Source: a virus. Taken from it: DNA of 64,000 nucleotides. The position numbers and the translations under genes were made by a program. Positions 38,521 through 48,500 of this stretch are shown here, piece by piece. Below the pieces are notes generated by a model. It did no database searches, was not told where the DNA came from, and saw only the letters and a program-made list of their open reading frames with translations. How positions within the stretch are numbered: the stretch's first letter is position 1; each line of letters begins with the position of its first letter. Location of the stretch: positions 1-64,000 of IMG/VR virus record IMGVR_UViG_3300047322_000608; one strand, written 5' to 3'.

Positions 38521-38874
38521 TCAAGCGACCGCCATCGCTCTGGCTCGTTTCTTCGCCGTCAGGATGCGCCCGGTGTTCTTCTCCACCGTCACCGCTCGGT
38601 CGTCGTAGATCGTCCCGAAGCTTGGGTCCTTGCGGTTAGTGACCGGCAAGGTCTGCCCAAGATGTTCTTTCAGCCATGCACGGATTGGTGGGATGTTCTG
38701 CGGATCATCCGCCCGGGCCGTGAAGATGACTACATTGGTTCCTTCGGCCAGCCATTGCTTGACCCTCTCCAGCATCTTGGGCACGGGCCTCCCGATATGA
38801 TCGCGGCCTTTCCATAAGCCATCAGTTGCCGCTAAAGTTCCGTCCAAATCAACGGCTACGACTTCCTTTTTCAT
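38521..38874 (-). CDS. HAD-family phosphatase
   Basis: VAVDLDGTLA, IFTAR, K, IYDDRA motifs. Confidence 0.85.
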   Translation of the reverse strand: MKKEVVAVDLDGTLAATDGLWKGRDHIGRPVPKMLERVKQWLAEGTNVVIFTARADDPQNIPPIRAWLKEHLGQTLPVTNRKDPSFGTIYDDRAVTVEKNTGRILTAKKRARAMAVA

Positions 38875-39116
38875 TCTCCACGCTCCTTCCGAATCACCGC
38901 CTCACGAGTCGACTGTTCCTCTTTGAGTATCCATTCCCCAACCTGCCCGCGGCGCGCGAACCAGTTGCCAACGCCGTAAGCCACGTTGACAGTTCCGCAT
39001 TCCTCGCCTTGCTCGTGACGTGTGCAGAATATCTGAACCGTGTCGAAGTGCTCGCCGAGCTGGAGGCAGGCCGACTTGGCACGCTCAATATCAGCTTCCT
39101 GGTTATTCTCGCTCAT
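38871..39116 (-). CDS. hypothetical protein
   Basis: start MSENNQE overlapping upstream stop; FDTVQIF..R...G.GNWFAR.GQ. Confidence 0.7.
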   Translation of the reverse strand: MSENNQEADIERAKSACLQLGEHFDTVQIFCTRHEQGEECGTVNVAYGVGNWFARRGQVGEWILKEEQSTREAVIRKERGE

Positions 39117-39352
39117 TGTCCGTTCCCTTGGATGGATTCGATGGTTGGCGCGGGCTTGATCCTCCGCTTGTGCGGGTTTCCAACGGTCACGTTGGGTGTG
39201 CTCCTCATCTCGATCGGGACGATCTTGTTTGGCTCCTTCCAGATCGATCGGTAGCAGCAGCATGGGCAAAGCCAATTGGTCTGGCGCAGGGTACGGTCGT
39301 CGCTGATGACGGCCCGGCTCGTCATTTTGCTGTGGCATTTTGGGCAGAGCAT
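39113..39352 (-). CDS. zinc-ribbon protein
   Basis: CPKC...CPCC. Confidence 0.65.
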   Translation of the reverse strand: MLCPKCHSKMTSRAVISDDRTLRQTNWLCPCCCYRSIWKEPNKIVPIEMRSTPNVTVGNPHKRRIKPAPTIESIQGNGQ

Positions 39353-39359
39353 AAGGTGA

Positions 39360-40925
39360 TCAAGCGGAGTAGTATTGCGGCTTTATGGCTTCGACAGCTC
39401 CGGGGACTTCCGTTCGTCTCGTTGAATAATAGAAGTAACCGTAACTGTAAGAATCGAAGTTGTGGACATAGCGGCTCTTCGGCTTCGGCTTGAGCCGATC
39501 CTTCGGATCATGCGGCAGGCGCATGAACATTTCCCTGGTTCTCCGGCAGGTCGCCGAGATTAACGTGCTCCCGCTCACCAGTGAATCGGTGACCAGCCGG
39601 ACACGCGCTTCAATCGAGAACTCGCCCTTGGGACATTCCTTCATTCGCACGATAAAGCGCTCTGGCAGGCCGTGCTTCTCCACGTAAGCGCGCGAGATCT
39701 TTTCCACATCCCAGACATCGTAGGACCCACCTTCGGCCCGGTACATGTTGAACGCAGAGCTGTCCGAGATATGCGTCCAGACGAACTCGAACTTCATCTT
39801 GTCCTCCCAGTAACGCATGCGCTCGATGACCTGCGGGATGCTCTTGGCGTAAGGCGTGTACTGCCCGACGTAATCCAGCTCGTCCAGGCAAAGGCGGTAA
39901 ACTTTGTCCAGAGTCGGAACGATCTGCAGGAAATGAATGCTGCTATGCGCTCCGCCCAGGTCGTAACTGACGATCATGGGATTCGGGACCACGGGCAGGA
40001 GTCCAAGGCCCTTGGCTGCATCGCCGCGGATGAAGAGATCGGAGTAAGCGCCTTCGAACAGGGAATCGCCTTCTACTCGGTCGACCCATTCGCCGTCGAC
40101 CAGGCGCGCTTTCATGACCGGGTCATTCTTGACGGCCGGCAGCACGTAGTTCTCGTAGTAGCCTTCCGAGAGGTTTGGAAGGTTGTCCGAAACTGGAATA
40201 TGGAAGTGGGCGTAACGGGCGTCCCATGCGCCGGTCTCCTCGTTGACCGGCATTTCGAAGAACCGTTTGTAAAGCCAGTGGGACGGGCCCTCCGGATTGC
40301 AGCAGAAGATGATCTTGGACGGATCGCCGCTCTTCTTCTTTTTGCGGCCGAGCTGCATGAGCAGGCTCGTGAAGTAGGTGTCGGTCTCCAGGGTCTGAGC
40401 TTCGTCAACCAGGATAATGTCAGGCTCACGGCCGCGGACCTTGCCTTCGACCTGATGAGCTACAGGCAACGATGCCAGCATGATCATCGACCAGCCGCCG
40501 TGCCGGTTGGAAAGCCAGATGTACGGCTTCTTGGTCTGCGGATCGTAGCGGGTCTCCGTCGCTTGAATGCCGATCCCCTGCTGCCATTCGGGGATCACGT
40601 CTTGCAGTAGCTTGTTCCAGGCTCCGCCTTCGGTGCCCATGGCGAACTCTTTCAGAATGATGAAACCCAGGCAGTTGTCGTTCTTGTAACAGTAATCGAC
40701 AATCTCTTCGACGCCCAGATGGCTTTTCCCGCTGCCACGCTCGCCGTAGTAGAGCTTGTAGATCGCCTTGTTGTCGTGCGCTTTTTGCTGGATCGGATTG
40801 AGCTTGGGCCGCCAGCCTTTCTGGAACTGGACCTGATGTGAGTCTGGCCTGACCCTCTCCGGATCGGCTTCCTCGAACTGCGCGACCAGGGCCTCCAGTG
40901 CTGCTTTACTCCGAAGAATTCCCAT
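39360..40925 (-). CDS. terL: terminase large subunit
   Basis: Walker A GERGSGKS, Walker B ILVDEAQ, CNP coupling motif, RNase H-like SYDLG and C-terminal H..D. Confidence 0.9.
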   Translation of the reverse strand: MGILRSKAALEALVAQFEEADPERVRPDSHQVQFQKGWRPKLNPIQQKAHDNKAIYKLYYGERGSGKSHLGVEEIVDYCYKNDNCLGFIILKEFAMGTEGGAWNKLLQDVIPEWQQGIGIQATETRYDPQTKKPYIWLSNRHGGWSMIMLASLPVAHQVEGKVRGREPDIILVDEAQTLETDTYFTSLLMQLGRKKKKSGDPSKIIFCCNPEGPSHWLYKRFFEMPVNEETGAWDARYAHFHIPVSDNLPNLSEGYYENYVLPAVKNDPVMKARLVDGEWVDRVEGDSLFEGAYSDLFIRGDAAKGLGLLPVVPNPMIVSYDLGGAHSSIHFLQIVPTLDKVYRLCLDELDYVGQYTPYAKSIPQVIERMRYWEDKMKFEFVWTHISDSSAFNMYRAEGGSYDVWDVEKISRAYVEKHGLPERFIVRMKECPKGEFSIEARVRLVTDSLVSGSTLISATCRRTREMFMRLPHDPKDRLKPKPKSRYVHNFDSYSYGYFYYSTRRTEVPGAVEAIKPQYYSA

Positions 40926-41769
40926 TGGCCTCCATTCCAGGGATTATCTCTGGCGGTTCGGGTTGAGCAACTTCCTGTGGGATCACGCGCGGGCTAAACC
41001 CTGGCCGCTGACTGCGCTTCATCACGCCGCGGACAGGGGCACCGTTATCATCCCGCATTCGCATCCGGACCAACGCAAGCTGCGCGCTGCCCTGATACCA
41101 TGTGTCCTGAATGTCCGATAGCAGTTGGCCGATCGTCGCGTACGATTTGATCAGGTTCTTCTCTTCGGCTACCCATCCATCACGCTCGTCGCTCGCAAAA
41201 TCGCCATACTCGAGAATCACCCGACGCACATCTTCCAGCCGTTTCTCGATTGTTCGTTGCTCGGTCTGGAGCTTCATGGCAGTCGAGAATACGCCAGAGC
41301 TGATCATCTCCATGGCGTTAGCGAACCGGTTCTGGCCGAAGTGCTGCATGGCCACAGCAGCATCAACCTCAGCGGGGCTCAGGCCGATGGAATAAAGATC
41401 TCGCCGGAGCTGTCCGAAGGATGTCTCGATCTTATCCGCGATCGCCTCAGCGGATATGCCGCGCTCTTCCAGACCTTGCTTGACCCCATTAGGGTCTACC
41501 ACTTGCCTGGTCTCGATCACCGAGAACTTCGGGATGTAATCCCAGTTGATCAGGTGGCCGCACTTCTTTTTGAAGACGCTCCATTGAACGATGTTCCAGC
41601 CAAGTTTTTCTCGAATCTGCTGGATGTGCGGCTGGCCGTTCGGCCTGCGAAACTCCTGCACATAGGAATTAACGAGCCGGATCAGATCATCGTCCCGCAA
41701 GACGACACGCTTCTGCTTAGAAATGTATCCACCCGTTTCCGGGTTGCGCTCCAAACCAGGCGAACTCAT
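40906..41769 (-). CDS. putative terminase small subunit
   Basis: helical 287-aa protein overlapping the start of terL; positional inference only. Confidence 0.45.
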   Translation of the reverse strand: MSSPGLERNPETGGYISKQKRVVLRDDDLIRLVNSYVQEFRRPNGQPHIQQIREKLGWNIVQWSVFKKKCGHLINWDYIPKFSVIETRQVVDPNGVKQGLEERGISAEAIADKIETSFGQLRRDLYSIGLSPAEVDAAVAMQHFGQNRFANAMEMISSGVFSTAMKLQTEQRTIEKRLEDVRRVILEYGDFASDERDGWVAEEKNLIKSYATIGQLLSDIQDTWYQGSAQLALVRMRMRDDNGAPVRGVMKRSQRPGFSPRVIPQEVAQPEPPEIIPGMEANGNSSE

Positions 41770-43187
41770 ATCGGCATTTCCTGTTGCGGTTGCGGTTCTG
41801 GCGGCTCCGCATCTGCGTAAGGCGATTGGTAACCAGCATCTGAATCAGAGACTTTGGCGCAGGATTCGAACCGGGTGTACTGCCGCATAAAGGTGAGCGG
41901 GACAGTTCCGGTTGGACCGTTGCGTTGCTTGCAGACCTCCAGGTTGACCGGGGTGGCATCTCCGTCGTCTTCGTCCGTGTCTCGGGAAGGCTTCCAAAGG
42001 ATGCCCACAAAATCGGCATCCTGCTCCAAACTGCCGCTCTCTCTGAGATCGGACATGCGCGGCCGGCGTTCCTTGTCCTTCTCAATTCCGCGGTTGAGCT
42101 GACTCAAAGCGATAACGGGGATGCCCAGTTCTTTGGCCAATCCTTTCACACCCTTGCTGATGAAGGAGACTTCCTGTTCCCGGCTGTCGTTCTTATTCCG
42201 CTCCGCACTCATGAGTTGCAGGTAATCGATCACGAGCAATCCGATCCCGTGCTGCTGCACCATGCGCCTGGCGCGCGTCCGCAAACCCAGGATGCTTAGT
42301 CCGGACTGATCGTTGATCACGATCTTGGAAGCATGCAACCGGCTAGCCGCCGCCGTCAATCTCGGGAAATCAGCTTCGGACAGGAACCCAGCCTGAATCC
42401 GGCGCACATTGGTTCTGGCTCGGGAGCAGAGCATACGGACAACGAGCGAGGCCTTGGTCATCTCCAGAGAGAACACTCCGACCGGTATTCCCAGATTCAC
42501 CGCAACATGGTCGGCGATGTTCATGGATAGGGAAGTCTTCCCTAAACTAGGGCGCCCTGCGATCACGATCATTTCTCCGGCATGGAACCCCGTCGTCATC
42601 TTGTCCAAGTCCGTGAATCCAGTCCCGATCCCGGTCAAGGCGCCCTGCGAAGAATGCCAGGACTCAATTTGAGCGAGCGCGTCTGGCAGGAGGGATTGAA
42701 CGGTCGCCTCCTCGTTCTTCGGCACGCTCCCTTCGGCGAGGTTCAAGATCTCCGTCGCCGCCTGGCTGATCAGCTCATCGGGCGAGTCGGTGTTGCCGTA
42801 GGCATTGGCTACATTGTCCGTGCAAAACCGGATCAGCTTTCTGGCCTTCCACTTGTCATGCAGGATGGCCAGGTAATAGCTCAGGTTGGACGCGCTCGGA
42901 ACGGTATCGCTCAGCGTGGCCAGGTAGGACAAGCCGCCCACTTGATCGAGCAACGCCTGGAACTCGAGCCAGTTCCGGAGCGTGACCAGATCGATCGGCT
43001 CCTGCGCGTCGTACATCTCCACCATGATCCGGTAAAGGTTCTGGTGCGCTTGGTCGTAGAAGATGTCGTGTCCGGAACCGATGCTCTCGATAGCTTCGGG
43101 CATGACCTTGGCCCAATCGAGCATGACGCAGCCCAGGACGGCTTGTTCCGCTTCCTGGTCGTGCGGCGGCAATCGATCGACGTTCAT
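41766..43187 (-). CDS. dnaB: replicative DNA helicase
   Basis: LPPHD.EAEQAVLG, AGRPSLGKT, FSLEM, IDYLQL, LSQLNR, DLRESGSLEQDAD, KQRNGPTG. Confidence 0.97.
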   Translation of the reverse strand: MNVDRLPPHDQEAEQAVLGCVMLDWAKVMPEAIESIGSGHDIFYDQAHQNLYRIMVEMYDAQEPIDLVTLRNWLEFQALLDQVGGLSYLATLSDTVPSASNLSYYLAILHDKWKARKLIRFCTDNVANAYGNTDSPDELISQAATEILNLAEGSVPKNEEATVQSLLPDALAQIESWHSSQGALTGIGTGFTDLDKMTTGFHAGEMIVIAGRPSLGKTSLSMNIADHVAVNLGIPVGVFSLEMTKASLVVRMLCSRARTNVRRIQAGFLSEADFPRLTAAASRLHASKIVINDQSGLSILGLRTRARRMVQQHGIGLLVIDYLQLMSAERNKNDSREQEVSFISKGVKGLAKELGIPVIALSQLNRGIEKDKERRPRMSDLRESGSLEQDADFVGILWKPSRDTDEDDGDATPVNLEVCKQRNGPTGTVPLTFMRQYTRFESCAKVSDSDAGYQSPYADAEPPEPQPQQEMPI

Positions 43188-43663
43188 GCCATTTGCGAGA
43201 TCGTATCGGTGATCTGCCGTATCTCGCGCTTGAGTGTGCAGTAACGTGATCGCGCGTCAGGCGTGTCCCAAGTCAGACCAAACGCATCCTCGTTGGCGTG
43301 TTTATTCTTGAGATCGTCCAGCAATAATTGTTTGGCTTCCTTGATGCGGTACAGCTCCATGACGGAGAGGGAACGTTCGACTGGCAGAAGGCCTTTCTCT
43401 TCGGCTCGAATCATGGCCAGCTCTTCTTCGAACCGGTCCAGGCCTTGGATGACGTTGGAGAATTTAAGGCATTCGGGGCGGCGGTCTCCGAGCTTGATCA
43501 GCTTGTTCAGCCGTTGCAACACCGCTTCCAGATCGGCCTTGGTAAATCCGGATCGGGTGAACTCAAGCCAGGAAGATTCACGGTTAAAGCGCAGCGCCAC
43601 GTCCATGCCGGACAGGCGGCAGTAGGTCTCGTGCAGGGCTGCAATCGTTTCAATTGGGCTCAT
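43184..43663 (-). CDS. hypothetical replication-associated protein (possible helicase loader)
   Basis: coupled directly upstream of dnaB. Confidence 0.5.
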   Translation of the reverse strand: MSPIETIAALHETYCRLSGMDVALRFNRESSWLEFTRSGFTKADLEAVLQRLNKLIKLGDRRPECLKFSNVIQGLDRFEEELAMIRAEEKGLLPVERSLSVMELYRIKEAKQLLLDDLKNKHANEDAFGLTWDTPDARSRYCTLKREIRQITDTISQMA

Positions 43664-43962
43664 ACCTTATCGTCAGCCAAATGTGTTCCTATCGCGCTGA
43701 TCAGGCCATTACAAGTCCGGCAGTAAAAATCAGGATCGTAACAGTTCAGCTCTCGGAGAACGCGTCTGCATTCCGAAAGCAGTCCAATAACCTGAGAGAA
43801 CTCCGCTGTCAGCTTATCCCGTTCAGCAATGAGCCTCTGAGCTTGGTCGCTGAGTTTGTCTCGTTCGTCAAAGACCGTCAGCACCATGAACTTGTTGTCC
43901 GCTAATTCCGCTTGCGCCTTCTCGCATTCCTTCTTCCAATACTCTTCCTGGTGGTTGCTCAT
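43660..43962 (-). CDS. coiled-coil protein with C-terminal Cys motif
   Basis: start MSNHQEE after AAAGGAACA RBS. Confidence 0.65.
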   Translation of the reverse strand: MSNHQEEYWKKECEKAQAELADNKFMVLTVFDERDKLSDQAQRLIAERDKLTAEFSQVIGLLSECRRVLRELNCYDPDFYCRTCNGLISAIGTHLADDKV

Positions 43963-44414
43963 ACTCTCTGTTCCTTTCGTTTTGAAAATGCTACGCAGAC
44001 GGCTAATGCTTGCCATTCATCCCCGGCTAACCCGTAGGTCTTGCCTGGGGTTTTCTTCTTTCCGGGCGGACCGAGCAGGTCGATCAATCGTTGACGTATG
44101 GCCGCATCGTTTGCCTTGACCGATTGGCAGAGGGTAGTCTTGATCTCCTGACGATAGATCATGTGGAAGCTCGCACCTACCCACCGGCAGTATTCGCAGT
44201 ATCGGCCAACCCAAAGGACCGTCTGAAACACTTCGGCTCCTACGGGCATGCCAAAGCTCTGCACCATCTCACAGACCACGGTGCCCCCTTCGGCGAACGC
44301 CAGCATGGCATCGAAGTTATCGTACTTGCCATGTCCTAGTATCTCCTCGGTCGCGGTATCGTAGATCACAACCGCGCTCTGGGTTGTGCCAGGATCAATG
44401 CCAACGATGATCAT
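43959..44414 (-). CDS. RuvC-like Holliday junction resolvase
   Basis: IVGIDPGTTQSA, VVCE, terminal D.WQALAV. Confidence 0.85.
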   Translation of the reverse strand: MIIVGIDPGTTQSAVVIYDTATEEILGHGKYDNFDAMLAFAEGGTVVCEMVQSFGMPVGAEVFQTVLWVGRYCEYCRWVGASFHMIYRQEIKTTLCQSVKANDAAIRQRLIDLLGPPGKKKTPGKTYGLAGDEWQALAVCVAFSKRKEQRV

Positions 44415-44827
44415 ATCTCAGACTCGGCAAACTTTCGCCGGAAAGGACTCTTTTCATTCCCTGGTGGAGTTGCTGGGTATCCGGTTTTGGAATCGATAAC
44501 GGTGTAACCGGCTTCCTTTAACGCTCTCCTTAAAAATGAGAAGCCGCAGTTGGATCCCAGCCACTGGATCATCGTGGCGGCGACAAACCTTTCCGAAGCT
44601 GTGACGTTGTGCTGATGTCCGCGATTAGAGAACAGAGCTTGCATCAAACCAACACCGTGATGGCTGGAATTGTTGGTAGCGTTTTCTTCCTGCCAGAGTT
44701 CTGCGAACGCTTTCTCGAGATTGTTCCACTTCGTCCGCTCGTAGTAGTCGCCACGATTCTTCATGCCAAGGTTATGCTTGTCCAGGTTGGTCATTGGCAG
44801 GAAGCTCGTTTGCGATTGCTGGCTCAT
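44411..44827 (-). CDS. hypothetical protein
   Basis: start MSQQSQ; E.AF...W..EN and AAT.IQWLGSN.G..FL. Confidence 0.7.
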   Translation of the reverse strand: MSQQSQTSFLPMTNLDKHNLGMKNRGDYYERTKWNNLEKAFAELWQEENATNNSSHHGVGLMQALFSNRGHQHNVTASERFVAATMIQWLGSNCGFSFLRRALKEAGYTVIDSKTGYPATPPGNEKSPFRRKFAESEI

Positions 44828-46053
44828 GGCAGCTTCTGGAGTGATGCGCTGACCGGGATGGGCCGAGTTGTTCCAGCCAGAACCTCCGCCACCTTTGCAT
44901 CCAACGCTTGCCCCTTGAGCTTGGACTTGGCGCGCACCAAGCCGATGACTTCTTTTTTGGTGATCGAGCAGAGCTGCGTGAATTGCAGCACGCCGATCGA
45001 CCATTCGGCTGAGCATCTGGCGTAGACGGTGCTGATGTCTTCGACCTTGGACCTTGGCGTGTTCGGTTTCAATCCCCATCCTGGGACGCTGGCAGGATCG
45101 ATTCTCAGCCTGCGCTTGGCTTCGGTCTGCGCCAGGTCGCAGGCATCTCGCAAGGCCGGGACCCAGGCCAGCAGCTTTGCCATGGCAGCAGGAGGAAGCG
45201 CGGAAATCCCCAGCTCAAGTTCGGACTTGTTTGGCGGCTTGGCAACGTGCTCAACGATCGTGATCATGGCCGCTTGCTGAGCGATCTCGTACTCCGGACA
45301 AATCAGCTTGCCGCGACAATGATGGCACTGGACTGGACCGGCTGTTCGTTTGGCGGCCGGGTCCATCATGGCAGCAATGTCCATGTGCATTTCCATGACG
45401 GCCATCTGGATCGCGTCGGCATCGTAAACTGTGGGTGTTGGGTTCAACGTCTTGGCTGGTTGATTGAGATAGGCCGTAGCAGACCGGATCTCGCTGTAGC
45501 CCAGAGTCTGCGCGTTCACCGCAATCAACGCGATGTAGCGGCGGATCTGAACGTTAAGCGGCGCTTCGTCGTGATGGCCCCAGAGCCCTTTCAAGTCCGC
45601 TACCAGGATGTCCGCAGGCCCCCCTTCGTTGCCACGGATCCAGACTGCATCCGTTTGCCCGGAGTAACGCGGCTCACCTTGCGAATCACTAAGCCACCAG
45701 CGGGACTCCCGCATTTCGAGCAGCGGCAAGGCTGGCTCCAGGTCAGCGCCGATGCTCGTGAGCCAGGCATCCTTCATCTTCGTATCGACCCGCAGCGCTT
45801 TCTCGGCGCGATCGATCTCAGCCTGGGTTGCGCCTGGAGATTCCTTCCCGGCGTAGAGCAAATGGATGCGCTTGCCCGCTTCACGATCTCGGTCGATGTC
45901 TTCCGCGAACTCTTCCGCATCTTCTTCCGGTTCGACCTCCGGACAGACTGTGTACCACTGCTTCTGCAGTTGGAATCGGCCGGCGCAAAGGGAGTCCTCC
46001 AGGGCAGAAGAGCCAGAGGGGAGGCCAAGGCGTTCATCAATTGGTTGGGTCAT
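44824..46053 (-). CDS. PD-(D/E)XK / Cas4-like exonuclease (DUF2800-like)
   Basis: S.SS....C, G..IH, SGQTD, DLKG, Q...Y, C..C.....CP. Confidence 0.8.
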   Translation of the reverse strand: MTQPIDERLGLPSGSSALEDSLCAGRFQLQKQWYTVCPEVEPEEDAEEFAEDIDRDREAGKRIHLLYAGKESPGATQAEIDRAEKALRVDTKMKDAWLTSIGADLEPALPLLEMRESRWWLSDSQGEPRYSGQTDAVWIRGNEGGPADILVADLKGLWGHHDEAPLNVQIRRYIALIAVNAQTLGYSEIRSATAYLNQPAKTLNPTPTVYDADAIQMAVMEMHMDIAAMMDPAAKRTAGPVQCHHCRGKLICPEYEIAQQAAMITIVEHVAKPPNKSELELGISALPPAAMAKLLAWVPALRDACDLAQTEAKRRLRIDPASVPGWGLKPNTPRSKVEDISTVYARCSAEWSIGVLQFTQLCSITKKEVIGLVRAKSKLKGQALDAKVAEVLAGTTRPIPVSASLQKLP

Positions 46054-46151
46054 AGTTGGTGCCGTCTCTCCGAGCTGCCACGCTCCCATTGAGTCGCTGG
46101 TGTACGGCCAGCCAAAGGGTATCGTTCGCGTTCTCCGTTTCGGCCGAAAGG

Positions 46152-47423
46152 TTACTTCGCTTTGAACGTCTTGATTGCCGCGCCAATACCCTTCTTGTTC
46201 GACGTGAAGAAGGATGCCTTGTCGTCCGGCACATCCTCCCACCGGTTCGGCGGAGTCGCTTTGAACCAGGGCATCGGCGTGCTCTTCCCCCAGTTTTTGA
46301 AGTCGTCGAACGTGTAACCCATTTCCAGGATGACGTCGCGCAGCTTAGCCTGGGCATCCGTGATGACGGGCTGCGGCGGCTCCGGTTTGGTTTCTTGAAC
46401 AGGCTCAGTCGCAGGTTCAGTCTGCAACTCAGGCGGCAACGTGGCAGGTTCTGGTTCGGGCTCGGGTGCAATGGTGATAGCACTGACCTGAGTCGTTGGC
46501 GGCTCGGCGTGACCCGTGACATTCGTTTGCGCGGGCTCGGGTTCAGACGGTTTGGTTTCAGGAACGACCGCTGCGGGAGCTGGCGCAGGCTTCGTCTTGG
46601 CTTCCTTCTTGGGATTTACCTTCTGCTCTGGCTGCTCTTGTTCCTTCTTCGCGGGATGTTCGAACAGTGGCTTGGTTGGCTCGAGTAACGGGAACGCCTC
46701 GTCAACGGTCTGGTCCCCTTCCTTGATAGCCGTCCTGAGACCGGTCAGCGTTTCCAGTTGCTCCAGTCCGACGTCCTCTTCGCCCACCACTCCGAGCACG
46801 GCGAACACCCTAGCCTTGTCGATCTTTAAGCTGGTAACCCATGACATGGCTTTGGTCCGTCGAATCTTTAATGTCTCCGCCGTGCCAATTGCAACAAGCT
46901 TCGCTTTCTCGATAAGCGGCTTGAGTAGGGCCTTCGGCACAACCCGGAAGATCGCGTCCCTCAACGCCTTGCTGATCGTCGCGTTCGCGATCATGATGGC
47001 CATATCCTCGTTGTATGGCCTACCGTCCGAGTAGGTTGTCTTGGCTTGCTTCTCGACCGCAATGAAGTTGTTCGTCTCCAGGTCGTGGCAGACCGCGCGC
47101 ACACTCACCCTGGTTGGAGTGTAGCCTGAGATTTGAACGGCGCTTCTCAAGTTGCCGTAGCAGGAGGCAACGATCTCTGCCATCCGGATGCTCTCGCCTT
47201 CGATCGCTTTACCGCCACGGGTGATCTTGAACAGGCAGCTCGCCGCGGTGTCTTCGTCAAGCGTCACCATCGCCTCAGCCCGTTTGTAAAACTGCTGGAG
47301 GCTTCTCGGGAATTGGTGGGCTGTGCTGATCTGAACGTCGATCTCCGCTCTGGTGATGCTCTCGATCGGAGCGACTTCAAGCTCGAACTTCCCGTCTTTA
47401 ACTTCTTCGGTCTCGTTATTCAT
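46152..47423 (-). CDS. putative single-strand annealing/recombination protein
   Basis: RAEIDVQISTAHQFPR...IEG.SIRMAE...YGN...SKALRDAIF N-terminal domain; P/E/T-rich tail; adjacent to exonuclease. Confidence 0.6.
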   Translation of the reverse strand: MNNETEEVKDGKFELEVAPIESITRAEIDVQISTAHQFPRSLQQFYKRAEAMVTLDEDTAASCLFKITRGGKAIEGESIRMAEIVASCYGNLRSAVQISGYTPTRVSVRAVCHDLETNNFIAVEKQAKTTYSDGRPYNEDMAIMIANATISKALRDAIFRVVPKALLKPLIEKAKLVAIGTAETLKIRRTKAMSWVTSLKIDKARVFAVLGVVGEEDVGLEQLETLTGLRTAIKEGDQTVDEAFPLLEPTKPLFEHPAKKEQEQPEQKVNPKKEAKTKPAPAPAAVVPETKPSEPEPAQTNVTGHAEPPTTQVSAITIAPEPEPEPATLPPELQTEPATEPVQETKPEPPQPVITDAQAKLRDVILEMGYTFDDFKNWGKSTPMPWFKATPPNRWEDVPDDKASFFTSNKKGIGAAIKTFKAK

Positions 47424-47424
47424 A

Positions 47425-47610
47425 TTATCGATTGCTGAGCTGTTCACGGATCGCATCGCTCACCGTAAACTTCCTGCCTGGATGGAGCTGCCGTTCCTTG
47501 ATGACGGCCTGGTTAAGGCTTTCCCAAACCTCAATCGGGATCTTGACCCCAACCGTTCTCATCGCTTGCTTGGGCGCGTCCGGCCCGGGTTTACTTTGCT
47601 TGCGTCTCAT
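47425..47610 (-). CDS. ribbon-helix-helix DNA-binding protein
   Basis: TVGVKIP.EVWESL...TVSDAIRE; first gene after leftward promoter. Confidence 0.65.
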   Translation of the reverse strand: MRRKQSKPGPDAPKQAMRTVGVKIPIEVWESLNQAVIKERQLHPGRKFTVSDAIREQLSNR

Positions 47611-47620
47611 GTTGAGCCCA

Positions 47621-47650
47621 ACCGTAGCGCATGAACGTTTACGCTGTCAA
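47621..47650 (-). promoter_or_regulatory. sigma70-type leftward promoter
   Basis: minus strand TTGACA-18 nt-TACGGT, ending 10 nt before the ATG at 47610. Confidence 0.6.
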
Positions 47651-47671
47651 ATAGAATTTAATACTTATCGC

Positions 47672-47701
47672 TTGACGGCCTTCTCGGTGCGGGTGTATTG
47701 C
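47672..47701 (+). promoter_or_regulatory. sigma70-type rightward promoter
   Basis: TTGACG-18 nt-TATTGC, back-to-back with the leftward promoter. Confidence 0.45.
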
Positions 47702-47710
47702 TACTGGCAG

Positions 47711-48004
47711 ATGAGAGAACCATTAACTTTGCCGCAAGTAAAACGAGTCCTGGAGTCGGCCTCCCAAAACCCGATCGACCCTAACCTGGCTGAGATGATC
47801 CCACGCGATCTGCTCAACTACATTCAATCCGCGCCTGATGTTATCGCTCACTTGAGCCACCTTGAAGTAACGATCGGCAAGCGCGAGAAGGATTTCCAAG
47901 ACCTGAACCTGGCCTTGGTCGATTACGCTAACCAGAGCGGGGCCGGCCAGATGATGCTGGACAACTTGAAGCTCTGCCTGGATCAGGTTCGGATGCGGAG
48001 GTAG
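47711..48004 (+). CDS. hypothetical protein
   Basis: start MREPLTL just after rightward promoter. Confidence 0.65.
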   Translation: MREPLTLPQVKRVLESASQNPIDPNLAEMIPRDLLNYIQSAPDVIAHLSHLEVTIGKREKDFQDLNLALVDYANQSGAGQMMLDNLKLCLDQVRMRR

Positions 48005-48008
48005 AGGC

Positions 48009-48500
48009 ATGAAGCACGTCATCGAATCCTTCTGCATCGACGGTTGCGGCGGAGCGATCTCGCTGATCGACGAGCGGCCCGGGAAAAGCGATCACTGGGA
48101 TTGGAAGTCTCAAATGGCGCACGGCCTGATTCCTCCGCTCCCGTTACCAGCAGAGTTTGTCCGGGTCACCCAGCGCGGTAGTAAGCCATCCGTGTTCTTT
48201 GACGAGTGCAGCCAACGGCATCCAGCAGCCGCATCCAAGTTTACTGCCTGTGAACGGTCGGCATCGGCGCAGGCTCACATCAAACAGTGGGCATTTGTAG
48301 CAGGCCTTCAGCCTTCGGAACCGGAGCGCGCGATGCGTTCGGAGTTTTGGGATTACCGCAAGGATCTCTTTCAAAAGGTTCAGGCGCTCACGCCAGCCCA
48401 GCTCGCGCAGTTCTTCAACCAGGACCGCGCGCCATTGCCGGTAACGTTCCAGGCGGAGGCCAAGCGGTTGGAAATTTATCTGCACGATTGGAGTATATGA
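48009..48500 (+). CDS. hypothetical protein
   Basis: 163-aa ORF with GAGG RBS, tightly packed. Confidence 0.6.
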   Translation: MKHVIESFCIDGCGGAISLIDERPGKSDHWDWKSQMAHGLIPPLPLPAEFVRVTQRGSKPSVFFDECSQRHPAAASKFTACERSASAQAHIKQWAFVAGLQPSEPERAMRSEFWDYRKDLFQKVQALTPAQLAQFFNQDRAPLPVTFQAEAKRLEIYLHDWSI

